From: Nitrospirae bacterium MYbin6
GTDB taxonomy: Bacteria; Nitrospirota; Thermodesulfovibrionia; Thermodesulfovibrionales; Magnetobacteriaceae
Assembly: GCA_002753305.1 (NCBI GenBank)
Contig: PEAC01000006.1
Location: 265-64,264 of the forward strand
Length of the DNA: 64,000 bases
Direction of reading: 5' to 3'
Both the position numbers and the translations under genes were made by a program. Shown here piece by piece: positions 29,701 to 37,212 of this stretch (position 1 is its first letter; every line of letters begins with the position of its first letter). The notes under the pieces were generated by a model. That model saw nothing but the letters and a program-made list of their open reading frames with translations. It did not search any database and had not been told where the DNA came from.

Positions 29701-30893
29701 TCTTCAGGGGCTACCGCCCAGCCGACTATATCTATAACGTCAAACGTTACCACCGGAGTGTCACAGTATATAAATATGTTCGGGTGTTCGTGCGTAAGCT
29801 CCTCATAGGACAGGTCTATTTCCATTTGCTCTGACCACAAATTAGAGTGTCCGCCTTCGGTTAAGGCCTTAACGGCAAGCGTATGAGTGCCGGGTGATAG
29901 CGGCATATCGAACCGCTTATAAAAACAGAATCCTGAGTTATCGCTGTCTCTGTAACATGGATAGGCCTTTGCGGCGTCTTCTCTAACGAGTCCATATGGG
30001 GCATTCCCCAGAAGTACATCGTCTATATAGACTTCTATATTGGTAATTTTTTCGGAGGATACCGAAAAGCCATTAATTTCAACGGCGTTTAAGCCAAAGT
30101 GAATCTCGTCACAGTTGATGGCGATAAAGGGCGAAACATCTCTCACGGCATCGACTGTGAAACTACGGCTTGCCTGAATACCATTTTCGGCCTCTGCCCT
30201 AAGCGTAAGGGTATGAGGCCCTTCCTCTATGGGCGTCTCAAATTCACAGTATAAGCAAAAACCTGAATTAGCTGAATCTTTATAACAGGGATACATCGTC
30301 TCAATATCCGGGCGGAGGAGCGCGGTGGCCGCACTTTTTATGAATATGTCGTCAAGATATACGTCCAGCCGGTGGCCTGGTTGTGGGTATTGACAGATCG
30401 CGTAACCGGTTATATCTATGGAATTCAGGCCTAACAGCACCCTGTCACAGTCAATAATCCCTTGGGGATGCACCTGTGAAAACACCTCATATGTCTCAGT
30501 TGTTTCTATCTGAAACTGCTTTATATCGATATGTCCGTCGTTAGAGGTTATTTTTACCTCAAGCCTGTGAGGGCCTGCCGTTAACAGAGGCTCAAGTGCC
30601 TTGAAAAGGCAAAATCCCGCGTTTAAGGCATTGCTTATTTCGGGAAAGGCCGCCTGTATATCGATTCTTACATTGCCATACACGGCTGGGGCTATAAGTG
30701 CCTCGTCGATGTAAACCTCTACGGCCTTTATGCCGTCTTGTGAAACAGCCCAGCCCATAATGTCTATCGCGTCAAGAGTCAGGACGGCCTTGTCGCAGTT
30801 GGCCGTAATTGGCGGTGGTGGCGGTGGCGGCTTTTTAGTTTCTGCTCCTATGGTCCTGGCCAGAAGGCCGAATATTTTTTGCTTTATATTCAT
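26721..30893 (-). CDS. Giant glycosyltransferase: 7 tandem beta-rich repeats + two GT2 domains
   Basis: Repeated CD...GWA...VEVYID...GFCLY...G.H.L units; ISIAMPVYN...LLDNDD and VSIIIPTRD...FLNND GT2 motifs. Confidence 0.88.
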   Translation of the reverse strand: MNIKQKIFGLLARTIGAETKKPPPPPPPITANCDKAVLTLDAIDIMGWAVSQDGIKAVEVYIDEALIAPAVYGNVRIDIQAAFPEISNALNAGFCLFKALEPLLTAGPHRLEVKITSNDGHIDIKQFQIETTETYEVFSQVHPQGIIDCDRVLLGLNSIDITGYAICQYPQPGHRLDVYLDDIFIKSAATALLRPDIETMYPCYKDSANSGFCLYCEFETPIEEGPHTLTLRAEAENGIQASRSFTVDAVRDVSPFIAINCDEIHFGLNAVEINGFSVSSEKITNIEVYIDDVLLGNAPYGLVREDAAKAYPCYRDSDNSGFCFYKRFDMPLSPGTHTLAVKALTEGGHSNLWSEQMEIDLSYEELTHEHPNIFIYCDTPVVTFDVIDIVGWAVAPEEIKEIDVFIDDVFTGNAHCGVPTEALSAIYPCYKDAANAGFCLYKTLESPLSEGQHTLKIKVRTNNAQDRELESVCEAIESYRSYTASNPKFIAAFERCLVTYELIQVLGWIVTPAGLKTTEVFIDGDFIGYAVGVNKRYDIEARYPCYKKQEMLLLCLDKILETRLSDGRHLLTIKATAKDGQSMSWDFEQESIEPYADYLMRTAPEALIQLDKAAMSLDFVEVRGWALSPDGIDKVEVYLDNKFTATAYYGFERGDMKETFPLHKTYKDGAKCGFCLYKKLDEELSTGYHTLKIMAVSRTGLSKAVYEYNFINRPYRQMSYGEPKIILSCDKLQLTLDVVEVEGWAASPDGISSVEIYVDGVYIDKAFHGISTREIGMLLPCYKNSSNSAFVLYNAYENSFTAGHHTVMLKIISETGLIREWSTRYYVSDSYEKYLDKLKPPTMSKVKRIIEEFLYRPKISIAMPVYNISPRWLDKCIQSVIDQYYENWELCIYDDASSNPETLQCLNKWKDSDPRIKIAFGTVNMHISGATNEALKLAEGEFIALLDNDDELTHDALYENVKLLNENSELDFIYSDEDKLEEDGTRSDPFFKPDWSPELFCSMMYTCHLGVYRKSIIDKINGFRRGYEGSQDYDMVLRFIGHTAPERIAHIPKALYHWRKIYGSASGNAQHKTYAFDSAMKALKDYMERNSIEGELINVHDTGIYRIKRRLMETPLVSIIIPTRDKVQYLEKCVNSLIDTTDYPNVEIIILDTGSVEPATNEFYEEIRHRETIRIIDYPNPEFNYAEANNWAAERASGPYVLFLNNDTEAIEPEWLSAMMEYGQLPDVGAVGAKLLYPGNGIQHMGVVVGLKRAASHIGRLYPDEKPMGFPFLHAKDVVRNVTAVTGACLLMRRALFDEINGFDVKFRIAFNDIDLCLRLRKKGCKVTDTPYAKLYHHESVSVGKPYEDTDRCAGLFETEVELFRERWDIENYIDPFFNKNLDESLRFKH

Positions 30894-31126
30894 CTGTGCA
30901 GCAGCCGATAAATTAATCTTTTTATTCGCACGGCCAGATTATAAAGAAAAAACGACTTGTGAGCCAGATATGCCGCAGCAAGTTCTGACAAGGCCGGGTA
31001 GTGCTCCATGTAGCGATATTTCCTTAGAAACAATAACCTGTGCAGGAGGGCTATTAAAACAGTCTGCCATAGGCTGCATCGCTTAAGGTCAAGGTCCTTG
31101 GTGAAGTAGAAGTTATCTGGCATCAT
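30890..31126 (-). CDS. Small basic hypothetical protein
   Basis: 78 aa with ATGA overlaps to both neighbours. Confidence 0.6.
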   Translation of the reverse strand: MMPDNFYFTKDLDLKRCSLWQTVLIALLHRLLFLRKYRYMEHYPALSELAAAYLAHKSFFLYNLAVRIKRLIYRLLHR

Positions 31127-33237
31127 AGACCTCTTATTATATCATAATATCTTAAAAGCAGGTTAACGCCAGGTATCCCCATGGACTTTACAGTGCCGTA
31201 TCTCCAGTTGGATCTCTTTATTGCGGCCTTAAATCTGGCGGGATTGAATATAATGGCCGGATTGTCGATTCTGTCATTGCTGAAATCGGTAACGCTCTTA
31301 GAGCCGAAGTCCTCGGCGTGTTTAATCTTAAAGAGGGCATTCATCTCATCCCTTGTGGGGAAGGCTATACATCTCTCCGCCGTGGTCATAATAAAGGGTT
31401 TAATGTCGTCAAAGGTAGCGCCGGTAAGTATAATAGCCCGCAGAAACTCTTTAGAGAAGTCCAGCACACCCTCTTTCATTGCCCTGACTAAATCATTATT
31501 AAGCAGCTCTACTGCGCGGCCATGGTCGTTTTCGTCTTTGAATATTGGCTCTACCATGTCCGTTTCCGGGTTTATTTTATAGCCAATCGTAGTTGGTTGA
31601 AGCGATCTGGCGCCCTCCTCGAAGAGTTCCTCAAAGCGGGCAAATATCTGTTCTATTGCGGAGTTTCGCCTCTGGTCAAGGACAATACCTATGATGGTGT
31701 TTACTTTTTCGTCAAAAGTGTACATGCCAAGATTGCTGAAGCCAAAGTAGAGTCCATAGACATGCGGGTAGTCCTTCCGGGGCATGAAGGCGTCGTAGAG
31801 GAACTTTTGAATCGAGGCGCTCCATCCGATATCGACGAAGGCAGTTTTGCCCGAACCAAAGAAGTTCAACTGTTTCAGATACCTCTGCAGGATATCCCTG
31901 TCGCCGGCGGCGTATTTGCGAACAAGCCCCTGAAAGTCCTTATTGGCTAATAATTCCGGTATCCGCGGGTCGTGGTAATTCCATATAGGCTCTTCGATGT
32001 TATCAAAGCCGTGTTTTTTTGAGAGCGCCACAATATCATTATAATACAAGCCAAAGACGTTCAGAATGGAGTAGAGGCCCTTTTGAGCCGGGTTACAAAG
32101 GCCAAGCAGGGCCTTATCAAGGGGCAGCCCGTGGCTTAACGAGGCCAGGGCGGTAGATTTCCTCGTCAAATAGACATAGTCCGCCGTAGGGGTCTCATTT
32201 TTTGTTAATAACGCGGGGGCGAATATTTGAAAGATGTCTAAGAAGAGTTCCCCCTCTCTGGAGATAAAAAAAGCCTTTTTAATCGCATGGCGTTTAATCT
32301 CCCCGATGGCGCCATAGACAAAGGCCGCGTAGATGGGGCCTAAGAAGGAATACCCGTAGTTGTAGTAAAAATCGCCGCCGCCGGGGCCTGTCCTGCTGTG
32401 GTTGGGGCGTATGAGCTGAAGTACGTGGCGGCCCCTCCAGTAGGGGTTTTTTGAGGCGAGGGCGTTATAGTTAAGCAGGATATTTTTTCTTTTGAGGTGT
32501 GATTTATCGTAGAGCCATATGGCCTTTATGCCCATTCGAAGGGGGACGTTATAGTCGGCCTCCAGGTGGTCGCCGATGTGCAGCATCTGCTCAGGGCGAA
32601 TAAGCTCTTTCGATAGCACATAGTCGAAGAGTTTACCTGAGTGCTTGCCGAGGCCGTTTTCCGAGGAGACATAGATATTGTCGAAATAGCCGTCAATGGC
32701 CTTATCTTTAAATAATTCCACGAAGTGTTCCCTGTCGAGATACATGTTGGAGATGGCGATGATGCGTTTATTCAGAGATTTGAGCCATTGGAGGATCTCT
32801 ATTATGCCGTCTTTGACGAAGATAGCGTCTTTTTCAATGTCAAGGTCGAATTTAATGATTTGGGCACGAAGGGGTTCATTGGTATCACCGTAGATTTCGC
32901 GGGCCATGTCATCGGCAATGGCCGTAAAGGAGCATTCGGTGTCTCTGCCGTCGGCGCCGGATTTTTGCCTGAGTTTTGTTTCGACAAGATTTCTGATGGT
33001 GTATATATCATGGGGCGAGTATGTATTTATGCCAAGCGTCTCGATTAAATATTGTGATGTAGTGCGCGCGGCAGCCTCTTTAACCTTATCTGGCGGTTCG
33101 ATAACTCTTTCAAACAGCGTATCGAAGACATCGAAAGAGACAATGTCTACAGTGGGAATGAATCTTTCAATGGCAGCCTTTAAGGCAGATTTTATGTTGC
33201 CAGCCGTCTTAACCTGCCGCCCGTTTAATTTTAACAT
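31123..33237 (-). CDS. HAD-superfamily hydrolase associated with polysaccharide clusters
   Basis: SFDVFDTL, LHIGD, SREG and VDIGW motifs. Confidence 0.85.
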   Translation of the reverse strand: MLKLNGRQVKTAGNIKSALKAAIERFIPTVDIVSFDVFDTLFERVIEPPDKVKEAAARTTSQYLIETLGINTYSPHDIYTIRNLVETKLRQKSGADGRDTECSFTAIADDMAREIYGDTNEPLRAQIIKFDLDIEKDAIFVKDGIIEILQWLKSLNKRIIAISNMYLDREHFVELFKDKAIDGYFDNIYVSSENGLGKHSGKLFDYVLSKELIRPEQMLHIGDHLEADYNVPLRMGIKAIWLYDKSHLKRKNILLNYNALASKNPYWRGRHVLQLIRPNHSRTGPGGGDFYYNYGYSFLGPIYAAFVYGAIGEIKRHAIKKAFFISREGELFLDIFQIFAPALLTKNETPTADYVYLTRKSTALASLSHGLPLDKALLGLCNPAQKGLYSILNVFGLYYNDIVALSKKHGFDNIEEPIWNYHDPRIPELLANKDFQGLVRKYAAGDRDILQRYLKQLNFFGSGKTAFVDIGWSASIQKFLYDAFMPRKDYPHVYGLYFGFSNLGMYTFDEKVNTIIGIVLDQRRNSAIEQIFARFEELFEEGARSLQPTTIGYKINPETDMVEPIFKDENDHGRAVELLNNDLVRAMKEGVLDFSKEFLRAIILTGATFDDIKPFIMTTAERCIAFPTRDEMNALFKIKHAEDFGSKSVTDFSNDRIDNPAIIFNPARFKAAIKRSNWRYGTVKSMGIPGVNLLLRYYDIIRGL

Positions 33238-33356
33238 TTTTGAGACCTTTAGTTAATAAAGCTGAATAAATATCTAAGCAGCGCTTAGACTTGTCGATAC
33301 AACCGGGTTAGTGTCAGCGTTTTTATAAGGCTTATGGCCCGACTGGCCCGGGTATG

Positions 33357-33385
33357 ATTATAAAAAAGAAATGTTTATTTGTCAA
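33357..33385 (-). promoter_or_regulatory. Consensus sigma70 promoter of the HAD-GT operon
   Basis: Perfect TTGACA(33385-33380)-17 nt-TATAAT(33362-33357). Confidence 0.75.
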
Positions 33386-33497
33386 TAACAGCTTTTATTT
33401 TTTCTGTGGTTGTGTTAATATAGCGCAATTGGGCCGGTTGTCAGAAGTCCCCGAAGGCAGGGGAATCCGGTGCGGCTCAGGAGTATTTGGTAATCGA

Positions 33498-34562
33498 ATG
33501 AAAGGAAGCCTATCATACAGGATAAAAAACGGGCTGCTCAAGATATTGCCGAGGGCGGCTGTAAGATTTCCCCATCTTGGGCAGGAATCTGCCGCGCCGC
33601 CGTTATATAACGTGAGAAAGGACATATTACAGACGTTTCATGGCGGGTGCGTCGACGCAATAGATATAGAGCCATGCGGGCTGATTCGGGTAGAGGGTTG
33701 GTATGTAGGGGATATTACGCACGTATTGGATTATATAAAAGTATACATAAACGATACCCCGCTGCCAGTAGCCTTTTATTACAGGGTGCACAGGGCCGAC
33801 ATAGCGGTTCACGCCGGATTAAATAATAATTTTGCCGGTTTTGCAATCGAATACATGGTCACCTCGGCGTTTAACGGCATTAGGGTAACCTTTAAGGACG
33901 AGGAAATATTTAGTTCAAAGAGTGAATATCAGATCGCGGCCCCACATTACGCGGAACTGATTTCACAGACCAAGGTGGCAGTTCGAAAGGACATCTACGG
34001 CTCTGCCCCTGCCGCCAGATATGTGTCCGAGGTGGTAATGAACCTAACCGACAGCTACCTGCAATCCCCTGTGCTGGATTTCGGATGTGGAAGCGGCGCG
34101 CTGATAAGAAATCTCCGCAACCGCGGCATAGAGGCCTTCGGCATAGAGATTGAGAGTGAGGCGATAATAGAAAACCTGTATCCTGACATAGAGCAGTATG
34201 TTACACTATATAAGAGCGGTTCAAAGTGCCCGTTTAAGGATGGGAGTTTTGAGAGTGTCGTCTGTACGGAGGTAATTGAGCATATCCCGGATTTCAAGGC
34301 GGCGGTCATCGAAATAGCGCGAATCGCCAGGAAAAAGGCCATTATAACAGTCCCGGACATAAGCGCGATACCGGTGTGTTTTCAGCACAACGTAGTGCCG
34401 TGGCACATACTGGAGGCCACACACGTCAACTTTTTCAATCAAAGCAGCCTGAACCACCTGCTAAAGCCGTATTTCAGGGAGATAGAATTCATAAAAATCC
34501 ACCCCAACACAATAAACGGCACAATGTACTTCAACAACATTGCCTGCATCTGCACGAAGTAA
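33498..34562 (+). CDS. Class I SAM-dependent methyltransferase with an N-terminal beta-rich domain
   Basis: VLDFGCGSG, CTEVIEHIPD; start uncertain (ATG 33498 chosen; ORF track 33354). Confidence 0.82.
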   Translation: MKGSLSYRIKNGLLKILPRAAVRFPHLGQESAAPPLYNVRKDILQTFHGGCVDAIDIEPCGLIRVEGWYVGDITHVLDYIKVYINDTPLPVAFYYRVHRADIAVHAGLNNNFAGFAIEYMVTSAFNGIRVTFKDEEIFSSKSEYQIAAPHYAELISQTKVAVRKDIYGSAPAARYVSEVVMNLTDSYLQSPVLDFGCGSGALIRNLRNRGIEAFGIEIESEAIIENLYPDIEQYVTLYKSGSKCPFKDGSFESVVCTEVIEHIPDFKAAVIEIARIARKKAIITVPDISAIPVCFQHNVVPWHILEATHVNFFNQSSLNHLLKPYFREIEFIKIHPNTINGTMYFNNIACICTK

Positions 34563-34574
34563 AAGCGCAAACAG

Positions 34575-34925
34575 TCAGACCCTGCTCATAACGTCCTTTG
34601 ATACAAATATGTCTCTGCGTCTGAACTGAACGGGACTCTCAACAAGTTCCCACGCAACCATGGACGGCAGTCCTGAGCAAAACCATGGGGTGTCTAATCT
34701 ACCTATCGTATAGGTCCAATCGGGATGGCCAATGCCCAACTCATCACAAAGATACTCAATAGCCGAAGCTATAAATTTATCGTACTTATCGCCGGAGGGT
34801 ATATATTCTGAGATTTGTTCAAAGTTCTTATAGCACCTGAAATCGTCGACAAAGGAATAAAGAAAGGTTTTCCAATGGATAGGGTCATAGTCGATAGCCT
34901 GTCGAACATCCATGATGTTAATCAT
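34575..34925 (-). CDS. Hypothetical partner of the nucleotidyltransferase (putative TA component)
   Basis: Overlaps the NTase stop; PWF...ESPVQFRRRDIF C-terminal motif. Confidence 0.6.
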   Translation of the reverse strand: MINIMDVRQAIDYDPIHWKTFLYSFVDDFRCYKNFEQISEYIPSGDKYDKFIASAIEYLCDELGIGHPDWTYTIGRLDTPWFCSGLPSMVAWELVESPVQFRRRDIFVSKDVMSRV

Positions 34926-35487
34926 TATTAAGTTCCATCTCTTTTAATATATCTCCAATAACGTACTGCGTTTTAATCAATATTTTATCGGAAGAATAAT
35001 ATTTCTTCAATATGTTATAGATATCGTCAGCTGATTTTAATTTTAATGACTTAATTAACAGCCTTATATCTCCAATGTCTTCGGTGTCGGTTCGGGCCGA
35101 TAATAATTTCATGGCGAGAAGATATTCGGGGTGAGGTATATAAATCCTGAGATTTGCATACTGGCGATATAACAGTTCATTGGAATAACCTGATACAAAA
35201 CCTTTAACGGCATCATTTAACCATGATTTGTGTAATCCTAATTCCGCTTCAACCTCCTGAATGACCTCCCTGAAGATTTGAACAGGACTAAAGATGGTGT
35301 CAATGTCTTTCGTACTGATTCTTGAATTGAACAACAGCAGCATCGCTGCCCCCCAAAATATATGAATGTCCCCTATAACGTTTCGTAAGAGCAGCTTAGA
35401 GTTAATCAGGCTCAGGCACTCTTCAATCATATCTTTATTTAAGGCAACCGACCCAAGTAAGTTAAGTAATTTCTCAGGCTTGTTCAT
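34918..35487 (-). CDS. Nucleotidyltransferase (DUF6036-like)
   Basis: (W)GAAM...STKDID, WLNDAVKGF, LLAMKL..R..DI.D; AT-rich. Confidence 0.75.
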   Translation of the reverse strand: MNKPEKLLNLLGSVALNKDMIEECLSLINSKLLLRNVIGDIHIFWGAAMLLLFNSRISTKDIDTIFSPVQIFREVIQEVEAELGLHKSWLNDAVKGFVSGYSNELLYRQYANLRIYIPHPEYLLAMKLLSARTDTEDIGDIRLLIKSLKLKSADDIYNILKKYYSSDKILIKTQYVIGDILKEMELNND

Positions 35488-35571
35488 ACCATTATCTCCT
35501 GTATTATGCTCAACTATATTTTATACCACTCGTTTACTATTAATCCAGCAGGGGGTATCTTTCGGTGAGAC

Positions 35572-35775
35572 TTAGAACAGCGTACAACCTTGCTCCTTAA
35601 ACTCCTCGATTTTTATAAGGAGATCCTCCTCCGTGCAATTTAGATGTTCGGCCAGGCATTTTAGACAAAACAATGCCTTAACACCCCGGCCAATGAGTTT
35701 CTTATTCAAGGCGAAGTGGTCTTTTCTCAGTGCGCAATTACATAGATGGCAGATTCGGGCGTTACCCATCGGCAA
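35572..35775 (-). CDS. Small Cys-rich (zinc-finger-like) protein ending the BREX operon
   Basis: CHLC...NKKLIG...CLKC...EFKEQGCTLF; overlaps the brxL end. Confidence 0.72.
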   Translation of the reverse strand: MPMGNARICHLCNCALRKDHFALNKKLIGRGVKALFCLKCLAEHLNCTEEDLLIKIEEFKEQGCTLF

Positions 35776-37198
35776 GAGCTATTTCGGGAATATCCTTCCC
35801 CCTATACTCCGAATCTATAATGCCAAGCTGAGTCTTTATAATTGTTCTCATCGTCTTTGCCGGCTCAAGGCAGTAGTTAGTGAACTCCTGCGGGTCGATA
35901 TCCTCCGATTTTCTGATATGGGGAAAGAGTAATTTCATAAAACCTGTACAAATCTTCTTTATCGCCTCTGTATCTCTCGTATCGGCACTCTTTGGGACCT
36001 TAAGAACCTCATCGACTATAGCCCTGTAGATTAACTCATCCCTGAACATGTGCATAATCTCAGAGAAATACTCCACGTTGAGCGCCCAACCGCTGGCCTT
36101 CAGGTCTTCCTTCATGCGGGGAATCTCCCACCCCTTGATAAACCCGTGGAATCGGTCGATTAGCGCGGATTCATGGAAGACCTCCGGCAGGTTCATAAAC
36201 ATATTGACATTCACGTTCATATGCTGCTCGTCGATATTCCCAAGCAGTATTACGCCTGAGTCTCCAATGCCTCTGTAGTCCCCAACACGGTACTCGCCAC
36301 TTTCCAGGTAACCTTTCAGTACGCCCTGCATCTCGTTCTTATCTGGAAACGTTATGCTCTGCACCTCGTCAAGCGCAACGTAGTCGTAGTGGGAGGCAAG
36401 GCCGGTTGTCCGTTTACTTATATCATAGAACATTTTAGCCCTTGAGATGCTGCCGCCGCTGACAAGCCAGCCATATTTGCTGAGCTGTGAAAACAGGTAT
36501 GATTTCCCCGTCCCCTTTGGCGCCAGTTCGATCAGATTCAACCTTTTCTCTATAAATGGCAGTAATCTGCCAAGCATGGTGAGTTTTTGTGAGGTACTGC
36601 TATAGCCTGCCGGGTTATAATCGATAGCGCCGAGGATGACGTCTATCCACTCTGCCAGTGTAAACCCTGCCCTGGCTCCGATATAATAGTCCATGTCTAT
36701 GCTATAGGGGCAAAATGGCTTGAAATCTGTCATCTTTATTATGGTCTCGTCCCGTGAGCCGTGATTGGCGCAGGCCAGCTCCACAACCCCCCAGACCTCA
36801 TTCGGTGAGAGCAGGTAATCCTTATTCAGCTCCACGGTGTCCCAGTCCGCCACGGCCTCTCCTTTTTTCTTAGGCACGGCAAAATCGGGAAGACTAAAAA
36901 AGGCCGTCCGGCTCGATACATCCATTTCAACCCTTACCTTGGCAAGAAATGTAACGGCCTGATAGTTTCTGATCATTTCAAACTTCAGATGTTCCCATTG
37001 CTCTTTTTTCGGGATAACCTTCTTGACGTAAGCGGAGACCTCCTCCTTGTCTATAACCCCGTTTTCATCGGCGAACTTCATTAAAATCCAGTCTCTCATA
37101 AACGATGGCAGACTCAGGACGGAAAACAGCTTGCTCTGCTCGGGAGACTTATACACCAGCATGTCCGTGAAATACTTCTTTAACTTATCCTCTGCCAT
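35762..37198 (-). CDS. brxL: BrxL AAA+/MCM-like ATPase, no recognisable Lon protease domain
   Basis: ELAPKGTGKS Walker A, VALDEVQ Walker B, SALIDRFHGFIKGW, RDTEAI. Confidence 0.88.
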   Translation of the reverse strand: MAEDKLKKYFTDMLVYKSPEQSKLFSVLSLPSFMRDWILMKFADENGVIDKEEVSAYVKKVIPKKEQWEHLKFEMIRNYQAVTFLAKVRVEMDVSSRTAFFSLPDFAVPKKKGEAVADWDTVELNKDYLLSPNEVWGVVELACANHGSRDETIIKMTDFKPFCPYSIDMDYYIGARAGFTLAEWIDVILGAIDYNPAGYSSTSQKLTMLGRLLPFIEKRLNLIELAPKGTGKSYLFSQLSKYGWLVSGGSISRAKMFYDISKRTTGLASHYDYVALDEVQSITFPDKNEMQGVLKGYLESGEYRVGDYRGIGDSGVILLGNIDEQHMNVNVNMFMNLPEVFHESALIDRFHGFIKGWEIPRMKEDLKASGWALNVEYFSEIMHMFRDELIYRAIVDEVLKVPKSADTRDTEAIKKICTGFMKLLFPHIRKSEDIDPQEFTNYCLEPAKTMRTIIKTQLGIIDSEYRGKDIPEIALADG

Positions 37199-37212
37199 TA
37201 TAACCTCTCACA

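Noticed and set aside
33498..34562. Methyltransferase as the BREX PglX
   Set aside because: It is too small, on the opposite strand, has no NPPY/DPPY motif, and looks like a small-molecule or glycan methyltransferase.
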